A stretch of DNA of 64,000 nt. Source: Abditibacterium sp. Its GTDB lineage: Bacteria > Armatimonadota > Abditibacteriia > Abditibacteriales > Abditibacteriaceae. Below the pieces are notes generated by a model, which saw only the letters and a list, made by a program, of their open reading frames with translations, made no database searches and was not told where the DNA came from. Below, in pieces: positions 39,460-50,240 of the stretch. The number at the start of each line of letters is the position of its first letter. The first letter of the stretch is position 1. The position numbers and the translations under genes were made by a program. Location of the stretch: assembly GCA_965199495.1 (NCBI GenBank), contig CBDASK010000003.1, positions 2,592,001 to 2,656,000 of the forward strand. The letters run 5' to 3'.

Positions 39460-39549
39460 GGGTAGAAAAGCGCCGAGTTTTAAGGCAAACTGAAACGCGA
39501 AAAGCCCGCCCTTATACGCAGATTAGAAACCGCGAGCGCCGTAAACCCA

Positions 39550-40653
39550 GTGAATTCCCCTTTATTTTATTCGACTCCGGCGCGCGCCCTCAAAGCCAGC
39601 GTAATTATCCCCGCGCGCGATGAAGCCACCGGCCTCTGCGCCACGCTCGACGCCCTCGCCGCGCAACGCGATTTGAACGACGAACCGCTCGCGCCCGATA
39701 GCTTTGAAATTTTATTGTTGGCCAACAATTGCCGCGACAACACGGCACATTTGGCGCGCGCGTGGGCGGCGCGCCATCCGCAAATTCGAGTTGAAATCGC
39801 CGAAATCGAATGGGATGCCGAGCGCGCTTGCGTCGGCCACGCGCGCCGTACTTTGATGGACGCGGCGTGTGCGCGCTTCCAATCTTTGCCCGCCACCGAA
39901 GCGCCGCGCGCGATTTGTTCGACCGACGCCGACACGCGCGTTTCGCCGTTTTGGATCGCGCACACGCTCGAAGAACTGCGCATCGGCGCCGATGCCGTGG
40001 GCGGTCGCATTTTGCTCCGTCGCGAACCGCGCGATGCAACGCGCCAAACGTATCTGTTCGATACCGCTTATCGTCTGTTGCGCGCGCGTTTGGAAAGCGC
40101 CATTGACCCGCAAATCGGCGATTTATGGCCGCGTCACTTTCAGTTTTTCGGCGCCTCGCTGGCGATTCGCCCCGAAATTTACGCGCACATCGGCGGCTTG
40201 CCCGCCGTGCGCTGTCTCGAAGATATGGCGCTCGAAACCGAGTTGATTAAGCGCGATTTGGTCGTGCGCCATTCGCCCAACGTCGTGGCGCTGACCTCGG
40301 CGCGGCGCAGTGGCCGCGTCGAAACCGGGCTTTCGACGCAACTGCAAGAATGGGAACAGTCCAACGGGTTTTGGCTGGTGCCATCGGGCGGCGAAATCGC
40401 CGCGCGCGCCCGACTCAAACGCTCGCTGCGCGCGCCGTTCGCTGCCAAACGTAATGTTTCGATTCAGCTCGCCGATGATTTGAACTTGACGGTTTTCGAT
40501 TTGAATGCGCGCATCGAAGCGGCCCCAACTTTCGGAGTTCTCTGGCTTTCTATCGAGGAACATTTAAATCACAGCGTGTCGCAATTGCCCGTCGAAGTCG
40601 CTGTTGCGTTGGCGCAACTGCGCGCGATGTTGGGCGGGCGCGCGGAAAAATAG
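39550..40653 (+). CDS. Glycosyltransferase family 2
   Basis: SVIIPARDE, NNCRDNT, STDAD, GASLA, EDMAL and TSARR motifs. Confidence 0.9.
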   Translation: MNSPLFYSTPARALKASVIIPARDEATGLCATLDALAAQRDLNDEPLAPDSFEILLLANNCRDNTAHLARAWAARHPQIRVEIAEIEWDAERACVGHARRTLMDAACARFQSLPATEAPRAICSTDADTRVSPFWIAHTLEELRIGADAVGGRILLRREPRDATRQTYLFDTAYRLLRARLESAIDPQIGDLWPRHFQFFGASLAIRPEIYAHIGGLPAVRCLEDMALETELIKRDLVVRHSPNVVALTSARRSGRVETGLSTQLQEWEQSNGFWLVPSGGEIAARARLKRSLRAPFAAKRNVSIQLADDLNLTVFDLNARIEAAPTFGVLWLSIEEHLNHSVSQLPVEVAVALAQLRAMLGGRAEK

Positions 40654-40657
40654 AGTT

Positions 40658-41230
40658 TTAAACGCGCCGAAAACAATCCAAACGATAACGCTCCGCGCGC
40701 AAACCGCGCAAATGTTCTAATTCCGGCAATTGCAAAAAGAACTCGTGAACCTCGTCGCCCGTAAGCGGATAATCGGGCACATTGGGCAGATAATGCACGA
40801 GCATCAAATCGCCGCCGCTTTCGAGCGCATCCAACACGCGCTCGCTTAACCGTTTCAAATCGGGCAAAGCGAAATAATAGCCGACTTCGCTCATCAAAAT
40901 CAAATCGAATTTTCTACCGGGAAATTCGTCCGGCAAAGTCGCGCGCTCGATTTCAACGTTCGCCAAATCGGCGCACCTCGCGCGCGCGGCGTCTACGGCG
41001 ATTTGCGCGGCGTCCACGCTCAGCAATTGGTCGGCGCGCGCCGCTAACAATCGCGTCAATACACCAATCGAGCCGCCCAGTTCGAGCGCGTTTCGATAAC
41101 GCTCGCGCGGCAAATTTTCGAGCGTGACGGCGTATTTTTGGTGTTCGTAGTCTTTGGTCGCGAAGTGCCACGGATCGGCATCGCGCTGGTAAAGTTCGTC
41201 GAAATAAGCGCGCGGTAAAGTCGGTTTCAT
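40658..41230 (-). CDS. NodS-like SAM-dependent methyltransferase
   Basis: YFDELY..DADPW, LELGGSIGVLT and FDLILMSEVGYY. Confidence 0.9.
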   Translation of the reverse strand: MKPTLPRAYFDELYQRDADPWHFATKDYEHQKYAVTLENLPRERYRNALELGGSIGVLTRLLAARADQLLSVDAAQIAVDAARARCADLANVEIERATLPDEFPGRKFDLILMSEVGYYFALPDLKRLSERVLDALESGGDLMLVHYLPNVPDYPLTGDEVHEFFLQLPELEHLRGLRAERYRLDCFRRV

Positions 41231-41233
41231 CGA

Positions 41234-41998
41234 TTAATCCTCGAACTCTGGTTTGTCCGCTAATCCCTGTTCGGGCGCGTTATCGAATGGACGAATCCAG
41301 TTCTCGAATGGGCCAGCGAAGTGACTCAAAACTTCGGACGACAATCGAAACGCCGTCGGATCGTCGTCAATTAAATCCGAAATCTGCGATTGATGCGCTT
41401 CAATCGCCGCGCGCTTGCGAGCAGCCACGGCCCCGATGTCCACGCGAAACGCGGTGGCTTCGTCGGCGCGCGGCCACTCGTTTTGCGTGGCGCGCTCGAA
41501 CGCCCACACCAAATATTCGTAGCGCTGCAACGTGTGATTACGCGCGGCAGTTGACCAAAGGAGCCAACTCGCGCGATGGTCGCGATGCGGGTCGCGGCGC
41601 CACGGCAGCAACAGCGTTTGCGGCGCGAACTCGACCAAAATATCATGCGCCGACTTCACGGCTTCATCGAACCCGTCGTCGCCGGGAAACGGCAACGCGC
41701 CATCGGGCAATCGTTGAAAAAATGTTTGTTTCGCGCCCAAAACCTGCGCCGAATTGCGCGCCTCTGTTTCGCGCAACTCCGCCAACTTCGCGCGCGGGTG
41801 CGACGGCGAATTGGGATGCGACAACCCGCCATCTGAAACCCACGCGATGCCAACGCGCGCGCCATTTCGTGACAATTGCGCCAACGTGCCGCCGCAACCC
41901 AACGCCTCGTCGTCGGGATGGGGCGCGACGCATAAAGTCGCGCCCCAATTGTCAATGGTTTCGAGGGGCGCGTTGAAAATTTCGAGCGGTTTCATCAT
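41234..41998 (-). CDS. PIG-L/LmbE family deacetylase
   Basis: APHPDDEALGCGG, DPHRDH and AHQSQ motifs. Confidence 0.92.
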   Translation of the reverse strand: MMKPLEIFNAPLETIDNWGATLCVAPHPDDEALGCGGTLAQLSRNGARVGIAWVSDGGLSHPNSPSHPRAKLAELRETEARNSAQVLGAKQTFFQRLPDGALPFPGDDGFDEAVKSAHDILVEFAPQTLLLPWRRDPHRDHRASWLLWSTAARNHTLQRYEYLVWAFERATQNEWPRADEATAFRVDIGAVAARKRAAIEAHQSQISDLIDDDPTAFRLSSEVLSHFAGPFENWIRPFDNAPEQGLADKPEFED

Positions 41999-42007
41999 TT
42001 GATGCGG

Positions 42008-42101
42008 CTTTCAGCGTTTGCGGGGCTGACGCCCTCTTCCAATCTTTATCCAGTAAAATCCTGAGATTGGAAGAGGGCGTCAGCCCCGCAAACGCTGAAA
42101 G
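42008..42101. repeat. Intergenic perfect inverted repeat (TTGGAAGAG type)
   Basis: CTTTCAGCGTTTGCGGGGCTGACGCCCTCTTCCAATC and its reverse complement. Confidence 0.85.
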
Positions 42102-42111
42102 TACCAAAAAT

Positions 42112-43254
42112 CTACACCACTGTCTCCTTCCACAATTCATCCGCGCGCGCGTCCGATTCAAGCGCGAAACGTCCGACACGACCGGGGATTTCGTCGAGAT
42201 GCGGTTGTTTCAAATACATCGTTAGATCGCGCGTCATCCGCTCGAACGATTCGGTTTTCATCAATCCGCGCGCGCCCACGCTTTGTTCGCACAACTGCAT
42301 TGTTTCGAGGCAAATTTCTTCGGTCGCCAGCCGCATCATCGCCGCGAACGCCACCATTTGGCTCGCCGTGGCTGCATCGCACGCCCAAAGGTTTTCGCCC
42401 AAATCGTCCCACATCTGCGCCGCGCTACGGAGCCATTGCCAGCCGCTTTGCACTTTCATCGTCATACGCCCGACGCGCGCTTGCTGCCATACATCATCGG
42501 CCCGCCCAGCATCGCGCAGAAAACGCCGCGTTTGTTCGGCAATCGCCGCCGCGCCGCCCAACTGCACCGCGCAAAACCGGATCGCGCCGCCCGAAAACGC
42601 CGGTTGGCGATAATAATCGTCCGCCGCGCCCAGCAAATCATCGGCTTGTAAAGTCGTGCCGCCGAAATCAACGGCAAACGAAGCCGAGGCGCGCATTCCC
42701 ATCGGTTGCCACCAACTGCGATCAATTTCCATGTGCGCGTTTTCCGTCGGCACGACCGCCATTTGCCAGCCGCCATCGGCTAATTCGCCCGTCACAATCG
42801 GACGCGTGACGTTGCCCGCGCCCGAACAGAACGTTTTGGCGCCGCGCATTTCGATGCTGTTTTCCTTCGCGTCGAAATGGATACCGTCATTCGCCTGCGT
42901 ATTCCAGACGGCGAAAATTCGCCCGGCATCCGCTTCGGCGAAATAGCGCGATTTTTGTTGCGGCGTGCCGAACCACTGAACCAACTGCAGCGCGTTGATG
43001 TGGCCTTCATACAAACGTCCGACGGCCAGATTGCCGCGTCCGACGTGCCACAAAGTTTGAAGCAAATCGAGCGTTGGTAATTGGATAACTTCGGCTTTCA
43101 ATAATCCGGCTTCGGTCAAATAACGGAATTCTTGGGTGGGAAAAGCGCCTTCGTGGTCAATAGCGGCGGCGTTTTCGAGCAGACACGGCGCGAGAGCGGC
43201 GGCGCGCGCGGGCAAATCAAACATCGCGGCGCGTGTTGGCAATTGGCGCGCCAC
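42112..43254 (-). CDS. Acyl-CoA dehydrogenase-like flavoprotein
   Basis: GRLYEGHINA, GAKTFCSGA, GMRASAS and RDLTMYLKQ motifs. Confidence 0.85.
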   Translation of the reverse strand: MARQLPTRAAMFDLPARAAALAPCLLENAAAIDHEGAFPTQEFRYLTEAGLLKAEVIQLPTLDLLQTLWHVGRGNLAVGRLYEGHINALQLVQWFGTPQQKSRYFAEADAGRIFAVWNTQANDGIHFDAKENSIEMRGAKTFCSGAGNVTRPIVTGELADGGWQMAVVPTENAHMEIDRSWWQPMGMRASASFAVDFGGTTLQADDLLGAADDYYRQPAFSGGAIRFCAVQLGGAAAIAEQTRRFLRDAGRADDVWQQARVGRMTMKVQSGWQWLRSAAQMWDDLGENLWACDAATASQMVAFAAMMRLATEEICLETMQLCEQSVGARGLMKTESFERMTRDLTMYLKQPHLDEIPGRVGRFALESDARADELWKETVV

Positions 43255-43331
43255 AATGCGCGCGGGGAAAACCCGCCAAATGCGGTTTCTGCGCCGCCGT
43301 GGCTTGGGTCTTGCCCGTTGACCCGGCTCCT

Positions 43332-44303
43332 ATGGAAACACCCCAAATGCAATTTCGATACACCGGCCACAGCGGGCTGCAACTGCCGCTGATTTCGCTG
43401 GGTTTGTGGAACAACTTCGGCCACAAAGATGATTACGGCAAAGCGCGCGAAATCGTCAAAACCGCGTTCGACGCGGGCATCACGCACTTCGATTTGGCCA
43501 ACAATTACGGCCCGCCCGCCGGAAGCGCCGAAACCAATTTCGGTAAAATGCTCAAGAGCGATTTGGCCGGACATCGCGACGAATTAGTCATTTCGAGCAA
43601 AGCCGGTTACCGCATGTGGGACGGCGTTTACGGCGATGGCGGCTCGCGCAAATATCTCATCGCCAGTTGCGACCAAAGCCTGAAACGCATGGGTTTGGAA
43701 TACGTGGACATTTTTTATTCTCACCGCTACGACGACAAAACGCCGCTCGAAGAGACGATGGGCGCGCTCGACACTCTGGTGCGTAGCGGCAAGGCGCTTT
43801 ACGTCGGAATTTCGAGTTACAATCCTGAAAAGACGCAACAGGCCGCCGATATTTTGAAAGAGTTGGGCACGCCCTGTCTGATTCATCAGCCGAGTTATAG
43901 TTTGCTCAATCGTGGCATCGAAGACGGATTGTTGCAAACGCTCGAAAAAAACGGCATCGGTTGCATCGCGTTTTGCCCGCTTCATCAGGGCTTGCTGACC
44001 GATAAATATCTGAACGGCATTCCCGCCGATTCGCGCGCCGCCAACCCGCACGGCAGCCTGAGCGAAAGCAGCGTCAAGCCCGCCGAAATCGAGAAAGTCC
44101 GCCAACTCAACGAAATGGCGAAAGAGCGCGGACAGTCAATGGCACAAATGGCACTCGCGTGGGTTTTGCGCCATCCGGCCATGACGAGCGCCCTCATCGG
44201 CGCGTCGAAACCAAGTCAAATCACCGATAGCGTCGGTGCCATCAGCAATCTCGAATTTTCCGACGACGAATTGAAGCGAATTGACGCGATAACGAAGGGT
44301 TAG
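43332..44303 (+). CDS. mgrA: Aldo/keto reductase, L-glyceraldehyde-3-phosphate reductase (MgrA/YghZ) type
   Basis: SLGLWNNFG, FDLANNYGPPAGSAE, DIFYSHR and IHQPSYS motifs. Confidence 0.9.
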   Translation: METPQMQFRYTGHSGLQLPLISLGLWNNFGHKDDYGKAREIVKTAFDAGITHFDLANNYGPPAGSAETNFGKMLKSDLAGHRDELVISSKAGYRMWDGVYGDGGSRKYLIASCDQSLKRMGLEYVDIFYSHRYDDKTPLEETMGALDTLVRSGKALYVGISSYNPEKTQQAADILKELGTPCLIHQPSYSLLNRGIEDGLLQTLEKNGIGCIAFCPLHQGLLTDKYLNGIPADSRAANPHGSLSESSVKPAEIEKVRQLNEMAKERGQSMAQMALAWVLRHPAMTSALIGASKPSQITDSVGAISNLEFSDDELKRIDAITKG

Positions 44304-44317
44304 ATTTTCGGTTTTAC

Positions 44318-44446
44318 ACCAACGCGAAACGCCCCGTAGAGACACCGATTTATCGTGTCTAAAACGTAAGAACGTTTTTTCAATGAAGCGATTCCAATGT
44401 TTTAGACACGATAAATCGGTGTCTCTACAGGGCGTTTCGCGTTGGT
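44318..44446. repeat. GTAG-REP doublet (REPIN-like), family A, short-arm copy
   Basis: GTAGAGACACCGATTTATCGTGTCTAAAAC and its reverse complement; outer ACCAACGCGAAACGCCC inverted flanks. Confidence 0.88.
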
Positions 44447-44447
44447 A

Positions 44448-45452
44448 TTATTTCTTGCGTAACAAAAGCGCCAACGCGCCCAACGCCGCGCCCCAGCCCA
44501 ATGCGGTGCGAACCGACGGATGCGTTTCCAGCCACGTCCCGACGCTGCTGCCGCGCGCGCCCTCGAAATCGCCCTGCACGCGCGTATCGCCGGTATCCGA
44601 CGAGAACAGATTATCGGGCGCATTTTCCGATTTTGGTTCTTCGGTTTTCTGCATTTGGAACGACGTTTTACGCAACGCCAAATCCACCAAATGCGGCGCG
44701 ATGCGATTCATCAGCGCCAGCATCACGCCGCCGCCACCAACGATAATTTCGGGAATCGGTTTTTGTGCCGCCGCCGCAATTGCATGGGCCACGATTTCGG
44801 GCTGATACATCGGCGGCACCGCGACCGGCTTCACGCCGATTTTGGTGCGCGCGTTGCTAAAAAACGGCGTGTTAATGCCGCTTGGCATAATGTTGGTCAC
44901 GCTCACGGGGATGTCGTCGTGATCGAGTTCGATGCGCAATACATCGAGATAGGCTTTCATGCCGTGCTTGGCCGAACCATACGCCGCCTGAAACGGAATG
45001 CCGACCAGAGCTTCGACCGACGAGACCTGAATCAGGGCGCCGTGGCTGCTCTTGAGGTGCGGCAGCGCCACCATCGCGCCCCACGCGGCGCCGATTTGCG
45101 TCACTTGAATCACGCGCTGGTATTCTTCGGGCGTCGTATCGTCAAAACGCGCATACATCGCGGCGGCGGCGGTGTGAATCCATGTGTCAATGCGGCCCCA
45201 CTTCTCGACAGCGACGCGCGCCACGTTTTCGATTTGGTCGTAATGCGTCACATCCGCAGCCACGGCGAGCGCCTGTCCACCCGCGCGCTCGATTTCTTCG
45301 ACGAGTTCGTCCAATGCCTCTTGGCGGCGTGCGGCGACAACAACGCGCGCGCCCTGTTTTGCCATCAATAAAGCCGTCGCGCGCCCGATGCCCGAAGTCG
45401 CGCCCATCACGACGGCGACCTGTTCTTCGATTGGTTTGAGTTGGAGTTTCAT
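44448..45452 (-). CDS. SDR oxidoreductase with C-terminal membrane helix
   Basis: GATSGIGRA, YGSAK and PSGINTPFF motifs. Confidence 0.9.
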   Translation of the reverse strand: MKLQLKPIEEQVAVVMGATSGIGRATALLMAKQGARVVVAARRQEALDELVEEIERAGGQALAVAADVTHYDQIENVARVAVEKWGRIDTWIHTAAAAMYARFDDTTPEEYQRVIQVTQIGAAWGAMVALPHLKSSHGALIQVSSVEALVGIPFQAAYGSAKHGMKAYLDVLRIELDHDDIPVSVTNIMPSGINTPFFSNARTKIGVKPVAVPPMYQPEIVAHAIAAAAQKPIPEIIVGGGGVMLALMNRIAPHLVDLALRKTSFQMQKTEEPKSENAPDNLFSSDTGDTRVQGDFEGARGSSVGTWLETHPSVRTALGWGAALGALALLLRKK

Positions 45453-45497
45453 CTGCGCGCGGTCAAGGCAAAGGCGAGGCCGAACCCGCGCCACTTT

Positions 45498-48400
45498 CTA
45501 CCACTCTTCGTCGCCCGGCGACCAAGTGTCGGTCGCGCCCCAACGATCAAAGGGCCAATCGCGGCGTTCTGCTTTATCGGCGATCAGATATTGTCCGATT
45601 TTGCGGCGCACTTCGAGCGACCAGAAATTGTCTTCGCCGCGCGGAATCTGGCGCGCCATTTCGAGCGCGCGCGAACCGTCGGCGGCGCTCATGGCGCGCG
45701 CGATGGGCGCCAGACTTTGGCCATCGTTGCTGGCCAAACGCGAACTCCATTCGCGTTCGAGTTCGAGGCGCGCCGCGCTCGCATCGGCGCGCGCCAGATA
45801 AAACGCGTAGGGCGGCCAAAAACCGCTGCGATTATAATTATCCGAGTTGGCGCCCCGCACTCGCGCGAGTTCAAACAGTTCGCGGCCCAATTTTGGGTCG
45901 CTCTCGAACGCCTGCGCTGCGAAACGCGGCGTGGCGTTGACATCGCCAATCGTGACGGCTTCGCGCCACAAATCAGCAGCCACGGCGGGCGTTTGGAACG
46001 GCGCCACGAGCGCCAAAGCGCGTGCGCGGTCACTGTTAGCCGAAATGCGCCGCACTAATTCCAGCGCACTCGCCGGGTCTTTGGCCGCCAACAACGGCGC
46101 GATGCGGCGCGCGCTCACGTCAAAAGCGTATTGCGGCACGTTTTGCATCGAGTGATCGTTATCATTGCCGAAATCGGGTGTGGGTTTTTGGGCCAACTGT
46201 TCCAATAGCGCCAGCGCCGCCTCGACGCCGCGTTTGCGCGCGACAACGGGAATCGCTTTGCCCAAAGCCGCCACGTCGTCGCCCACTTCGGGCGAGATGT
46301 TGACCAGCAAATGCTGCAACAACGCCAGGTTACCCTGCGCCACGATTTCCGCCGCGCTCGCCAGACTTCCATCGCGGCCCGTGGTGTAATAACCGTCTTT
46401 GGTGTAATTTTTGGGGCCGTGACTTTTGAGCGTCAGCGCAATCGCTTTGTCCAGCGCCGCCGCGCCCGCCGCTTCGCCGCGCGCTTGTTCGGTTGCGACC
46501 GCCACGCGATACAAATTCCATTCGCGCGATTGAATATCGGTCGCCGTGCGCGCCATGATTTCGTCGGCGACGCTCAAAGCGCGCTCGCTGACCGCTTTAT
46601 CGTCGCCAACCGCGATGGCGGCGTCGAGCCACGCGCTCAGACGCACTTCGGGGTCTTGAATGCCGCGCGCGACCGATTCGATTTGCCCACTGCGGTTGTC
46701 GGCGCCAAGTTTGGGCGCCCATTTCATCAACTGTGTGTAAAGCGAATAATCGTGATTGGGCGTCGGTGGCTCCTGCGCCGCGCCTTGCAATTGGGCGAAA
46801 GTCTCGCCTTCGGCTGCGTTGAGTTGTCCCAAAACCCAACTGCGCGCGTAAAACTTGTCGTCGTTACCCGTTTCGTTGATAATCTCGCGCCACGCGTCGC
46901 GCCCCAGTTCGACATCCGTCGTCTGCGCCTTCATCGGCGCCAATTCGATTTTGATCGGCGCGTCATCCGCCGCAATCGCGCTGCCAAAATTTCCGTCGCG
47001 GGCCGCGTAAACCGTCACTGCGCCCGCAGGCAAATTTTTGAAACTGAACTGGCCCGTCGCATCAGCCACGGCGTCGCGGCCCGCCGCGACTACGCGCGCG
47101 CCGGGCGAAGTCGTGCCTTCGATTTTGCGGTCGAGCGCCGTCAAGACGATGTCGCTGGCCTTCCAATTGGCGCCGTCCGCCGCAATCTCGCCGCCTTCGA
47201 CGAACGAGTAACCAGCGGCCTTGATCGTGATTTTCAAGCCGCGCGCCATTTCGCTCGGTTTTTCGCCCGCGCGAATGCGGTCGAACTGGTAATTTCCGTT
47301 TGTATCGGTCGTGGCCGTCAGCGAACTGTCGAGCAAGCCGTTATCGCCCGCCTTGAAATAAAAATCGGCCTTGACTTCGACGCCCGCGCGCGGCGTGCCA
47401 TCGGGCGCCACGACGCGCCCCCGAAGCGTGTGCCACGGGCGCAGTTCCACTTGAACGACATACAGTTCTTTCGATGGCACTTCCAAATTGGCGCCCGACG
47501 TAATCTCGTAATAGCCCGCGTCGCTGTCGCCGCCCGCCAGATTAACCGTGCGTAACGATTCGGGTTCATAGCTCCATTTGCCCTGCGCGTCGCTCTGGAT
47601 ATTTTCCTGAAAGCCGCCCCAAACGCGCAGTTGCGCTTGCACCGGCTGATTTTTCTCATTCACGATAACGCCGGTCAACACCGGTTTGGCGGGCAAATCG
47701 AAGATAACATCGGGCGTTTTTTCGTCAACGTTCAGCGTTTGTTGAATGCCGCTCGAAACGTAAGCATCGGGCGTTGTCCAAAACTGAAACGTGTTCTGCC
47801 CCGGCAAAACGCGCACGGAAAAACGGCCATCGGCGCCAGTCAATTCGCTCTGACTACGCGTGTCGCCGCCGCCGTCCGGCCCGAAAATTCCGCCGATTTG
47901 CGCGCCCTGAAGCGGCTTTTGCGTCGCGGCGTCGCGCACCAGACCTTTGACGACCAATGTTTCGACGGCCTGCAAAGTTGGCACGGGATTGGTCTGACCG
48001 ACCTGCGCCAAAACGTTCTTTTGCGCGGGCACCAAATAATCGGCGTCATCGGGAATGCTGGCGCCCACGTTGTAAGTGCCCGCGCTCAGGTTATCAATGG
48101 TGAATTTGCCTTCGTCGTCGGTTTCTCCGTCGCCGCCGCCCACGCTCATGCGGTCGGAACTGCGCGCATAAACGCGCGTTTTGGGAATTGGTTTGCCATT
48201 CAATCCCAGCAATTGTCCGCTCAAAAGCGCGCCCGGCTTCAAAACGAGCGTCGCGGGCGTTTCGGCGTTCAGGTCTTGACCGCTAATTGCCGCGAACCGT
48301 GGCGCCGTGGCTGAGTAAGAGAACGTGCCGCCAACGGGCAAACCCGCGATTTCAAAACCGCCATCGGCGCCCGCTGTGGCGCTATAAATCTCGCTCAATT

Positions 48401-48836
48401 TTTTGCCAGACGGATAAATATAATCTTCTCGCGATGCCCCTTTCGCGCGCATCACGCCGACTTGAATTTTCGCGCCAGCCACCGGTTTTTCGGCCTCGTC
48501 CACGACTTTGCCGCGCCATGTCATGCCCGGCGGCAACGCGAAATCGAGTGTCGCCGCGTCTATCGCGTGCGATTGCAAGCTAAAACCGGGCGCATAAGCC
48601 GTCACGTTGCCGACCGGTTTTTTCGGATCGAGCGATTGCTGTAACTCGAACTTGAGCGCGCCATCGTCGCCAGTTTGGAGCGTTTCTTCGCGATAAGACT
48701 TTTCGCCCCAAATGCGCAATGCCACAGTTGCGTTCGCGATAGGCGCCTTTTTCGTATCGGTCACGCGAACCGTAATGGTGTTTTGCGCCCACGCCGGAAC
48801 GCAGAGCAAAGCGAGCAATAATGCCGAAAATTTCAC
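45498..48836 (-). CDS. Large exported protein with carboxypeptidase-regulatory-like (Cna-B-like) repeats and helical C-terminal region
   Basis: Signal peptide; repeated G.V.D...KP..GA and TD..G.F motifs. Confidence 0.8.
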   Translation of the reverse strand: MKFSALLLALLCVPAWAQNTITVRVTDTKKAPIANATVALRIWGEKSYREETLQTGDDGALKFELQQSLDPKKPVGNVTAYAPGFSLQSHAIDAATLDFALPPGMTWRGKVVDEAEKPVAGAKIQVGVMRAKGASREDYIYPSGKKLSEIYSATAGADGGFEIAGLPVGGTFSYSATAPRFAAISGQDLNAETPATLVLKPGALLSGQLLGLNGKPIPKTRVYARSSDRMSVGGGDGETDDEGKFTIDNLSAGTYNVGASIPDDADYLVPAQKNVLAQVGQTNPVPTLQAVETLVVKGLVRDAATQKPLQGAQIGGIFGPDGGGDTRSQSELTGADGRFSVRVLPGQNTFQFWTTPDAYVSSGIQQTLNVDEKTPDVIFDLPAKPVLTGVIVNEKNQPVQAQLRVWGGFQENIQSDAQGKWSYEPESLRTVNLAGGDSDAGYYEITSGANLEVPSKELYVVQVELRPWHTLRGRVVAPDGTPRAGVEVKADFYFKAGDNGLLDSSLTATTDTNGNYQFDRIRAGEKPSEMARGLKITIKAAGYSFVEGGEIAADGANWKASDIVLTALDRKIEGTTSPGARVVAAGRDAVADATGQFSFKNLPAGAVTVYAARDGNFGSAIAADDAPIKIELAPMKAQTTDVELGRDAWREIINETGNDDKFYARSWVLGQLNAAEGETFAQLQGAAQEPPTPNHDYSLYTQLMKWAPKLGADNRSGQIESVARGIQDPEVRLSAWLDAAIAVGDDKAVSERALSVADEIMARTATDIQSREWNLYRVAVATEQARGEAAGAAALDKAIALTLKSHGPKNYTKDGYYTTGRDGSLASAAEIVAQGNLALLQHLLVNISPEVGDDVAALGKAIPVVARKRGVEAALALLEQLAQKPTPDFGNDNDHSMQNVPQYAFDVSARRIAPLLAAKDPASALELVRRISANSDRARALALVAPFQTPAVAADLWREAVTIGDVNATPRFAAQAFESDPKLGRELFELARVRGANSDNYNRSGFWPPYAFYLARADASAARLELEREWSSRLASNDGQSLAPIARAMSAADGSRALEMARQIPRGEDNFWSLEVRRKIGQYLIADKAERRDWPFDRWGATDTWSPGDEEW

Positions 48837-48986
48837 GGGCGCAGTTTAACAGTTTGCAGTGATAAATTGGCAATAATGTGGTTCTGGGAGCGCGCGGAGC
48901 GCGCAACTATCCGCCTGCGTGGACACGGAAAAATTTAATTCGACGGAAATTGCGCTCGCTTTCATGCGTCAGAGAAACTCTCACCG

Positions 48987-50240
48987 ATGTCCGCTTCACC
49001 GCTTCGCGCGTTTGGTTCGCGCCAACGCAAAAATCCTTACGAAGGTCGCGGCGATACGCGCAAGCGCCGCAAATTCAAAGAGCAAACGCGCGAATTGCCG
49101 CACTTGCCCGGCGTCTACTTCTTCTACGGTCACGACGACCGTTTGCTTTACATCGGCAAAGCCAAGCGCTTGCGCGAACGCGTGCGCAGTTACTTCTCCG
49201 ACACATCGTTGCCGCGCCCGCCGAAAATTCGGCGTTTGTTGGCCGAAATCACGCGCTTCGAGACGCATCGCGTCGGCTCCGATTTGGAAGCGCTCTTACT
49301 CGAACGCCGCTTGATCGCCGAGCGCCAACCGCTTTTGAATCGGCAACACAAACGGTTCGAGGTTTATCCGTATTTGTTGTTATCGGACGAAGAATTCCCG
49401 CGATTGACCATCACGCGCGCGCAACCGATTGAAGGTGAAACCGATAAAGAAACCAACTTGATTTTGCGCGAAATCAGCGAAGGAATGCGCGAAACGCGCC
49501 CGCTCGAAACGCCGCGCGCGGGCGACGTGGCTGGCTTGTATCTCGGCCCATTCACCACGCCGCGCCACGCGTATTGGGCGTTGGATGCCGTCGTCAAACT
49601 GTTTCCTCTCCGTTCGTGCGCCGAGTTTTCGGTGAGCGAGAAAAACGTCGGCTGTTTCTATCGCGAAATTGGGCGTTGTTGCGGCCCGTGTATCGGCCAG
49701 ACTTCGCGCGAACAATACGGCGCGTTGTGCGACGATTTGGTCAAGTTGCTCGAAACCGGCGAAGCGCCGCAGTTGGACGCATTGAAACTGCGCATGGCGA
49801 AGTTGGCCGAAGACTGGAAGTTTGAGGAAGCTGCTGTCGTCAAAGAACAGATTGGGGCATTGGAACAAGTCGCCACGCGTTTGCGCCGACTGGCGCGGAT
49901 GCGGCGCGAGAACAACGCGGTCATCGCGCAACCGGGATTAATCGAGAACACGACGGCGCTGTTTTTGGTGCGCGGCGGCGCGGTGCGGCGCCATTTGGTT
50001 GTTGGCGCCGATGATGCAGCCACGGCGCGGCGGGCGATTCGCGAAACCTTTGAAGGCGCGTGGGAAGCGCGCCAATTCACCGCCAAAACCGAGTTGGACG
50101 AAATGATGATCATTGACCGGTGGCTGCGTTCGCACGGCGATGAAATGGGCGTCGCGTGGATGAACGATTTGAGTTCGCGCAACTGGGTCAGCAACGCGAT
50201 GCGGCGCGTTTTGACGGCGAATTTCGAGGATGGGAAATGA
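48987..50240 (+). CDS. UvrC-N-terminal-like (Cho-like) GIY-YIG nuclease with UVR domain
   Basis: PGVYFF..LLYIGKAKRLRERVRSYF, EALLLE, Cys cluster and FEEAA..KEQI; no RNase H or HhH C-terminal half. Confidence 0.85.
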   Translation: MSASPLRAFGSRQRKNPYEGRGDTRKRRKFKEQTRELPHLPGVYFFYGHDDRLLYIGKAKRLRERVRSYFSDTSLPRPPKIRRLLAEITRFETHRVGSDLEALLLERRLIAERQPLLNRQHKRFEVYPYLLLSDEEFPRLTITRAQPIEGETDKETNLILREISEGMRETRPLETPRAGDVAGLYLGPFTTPRHAYWALDAVVKLFPLRSCAEFSVSEKNVGCFYREIGRCCGPCIGQTSREQYGALCDDLVKLLETGEAPQLDALKLRMAKLAEDWKFEEAAVVKEQIGALEQVATRLRRLARMRRENNAVIAQPGLIENTTALFLVRGGAVRRHLVVGADDAATARRAIRETFEGAWEARQFTAKTELDEMMIIDRWLRSHGDEMGVAWMNDLSSRNWVSNAMRRVLTANFEDGK

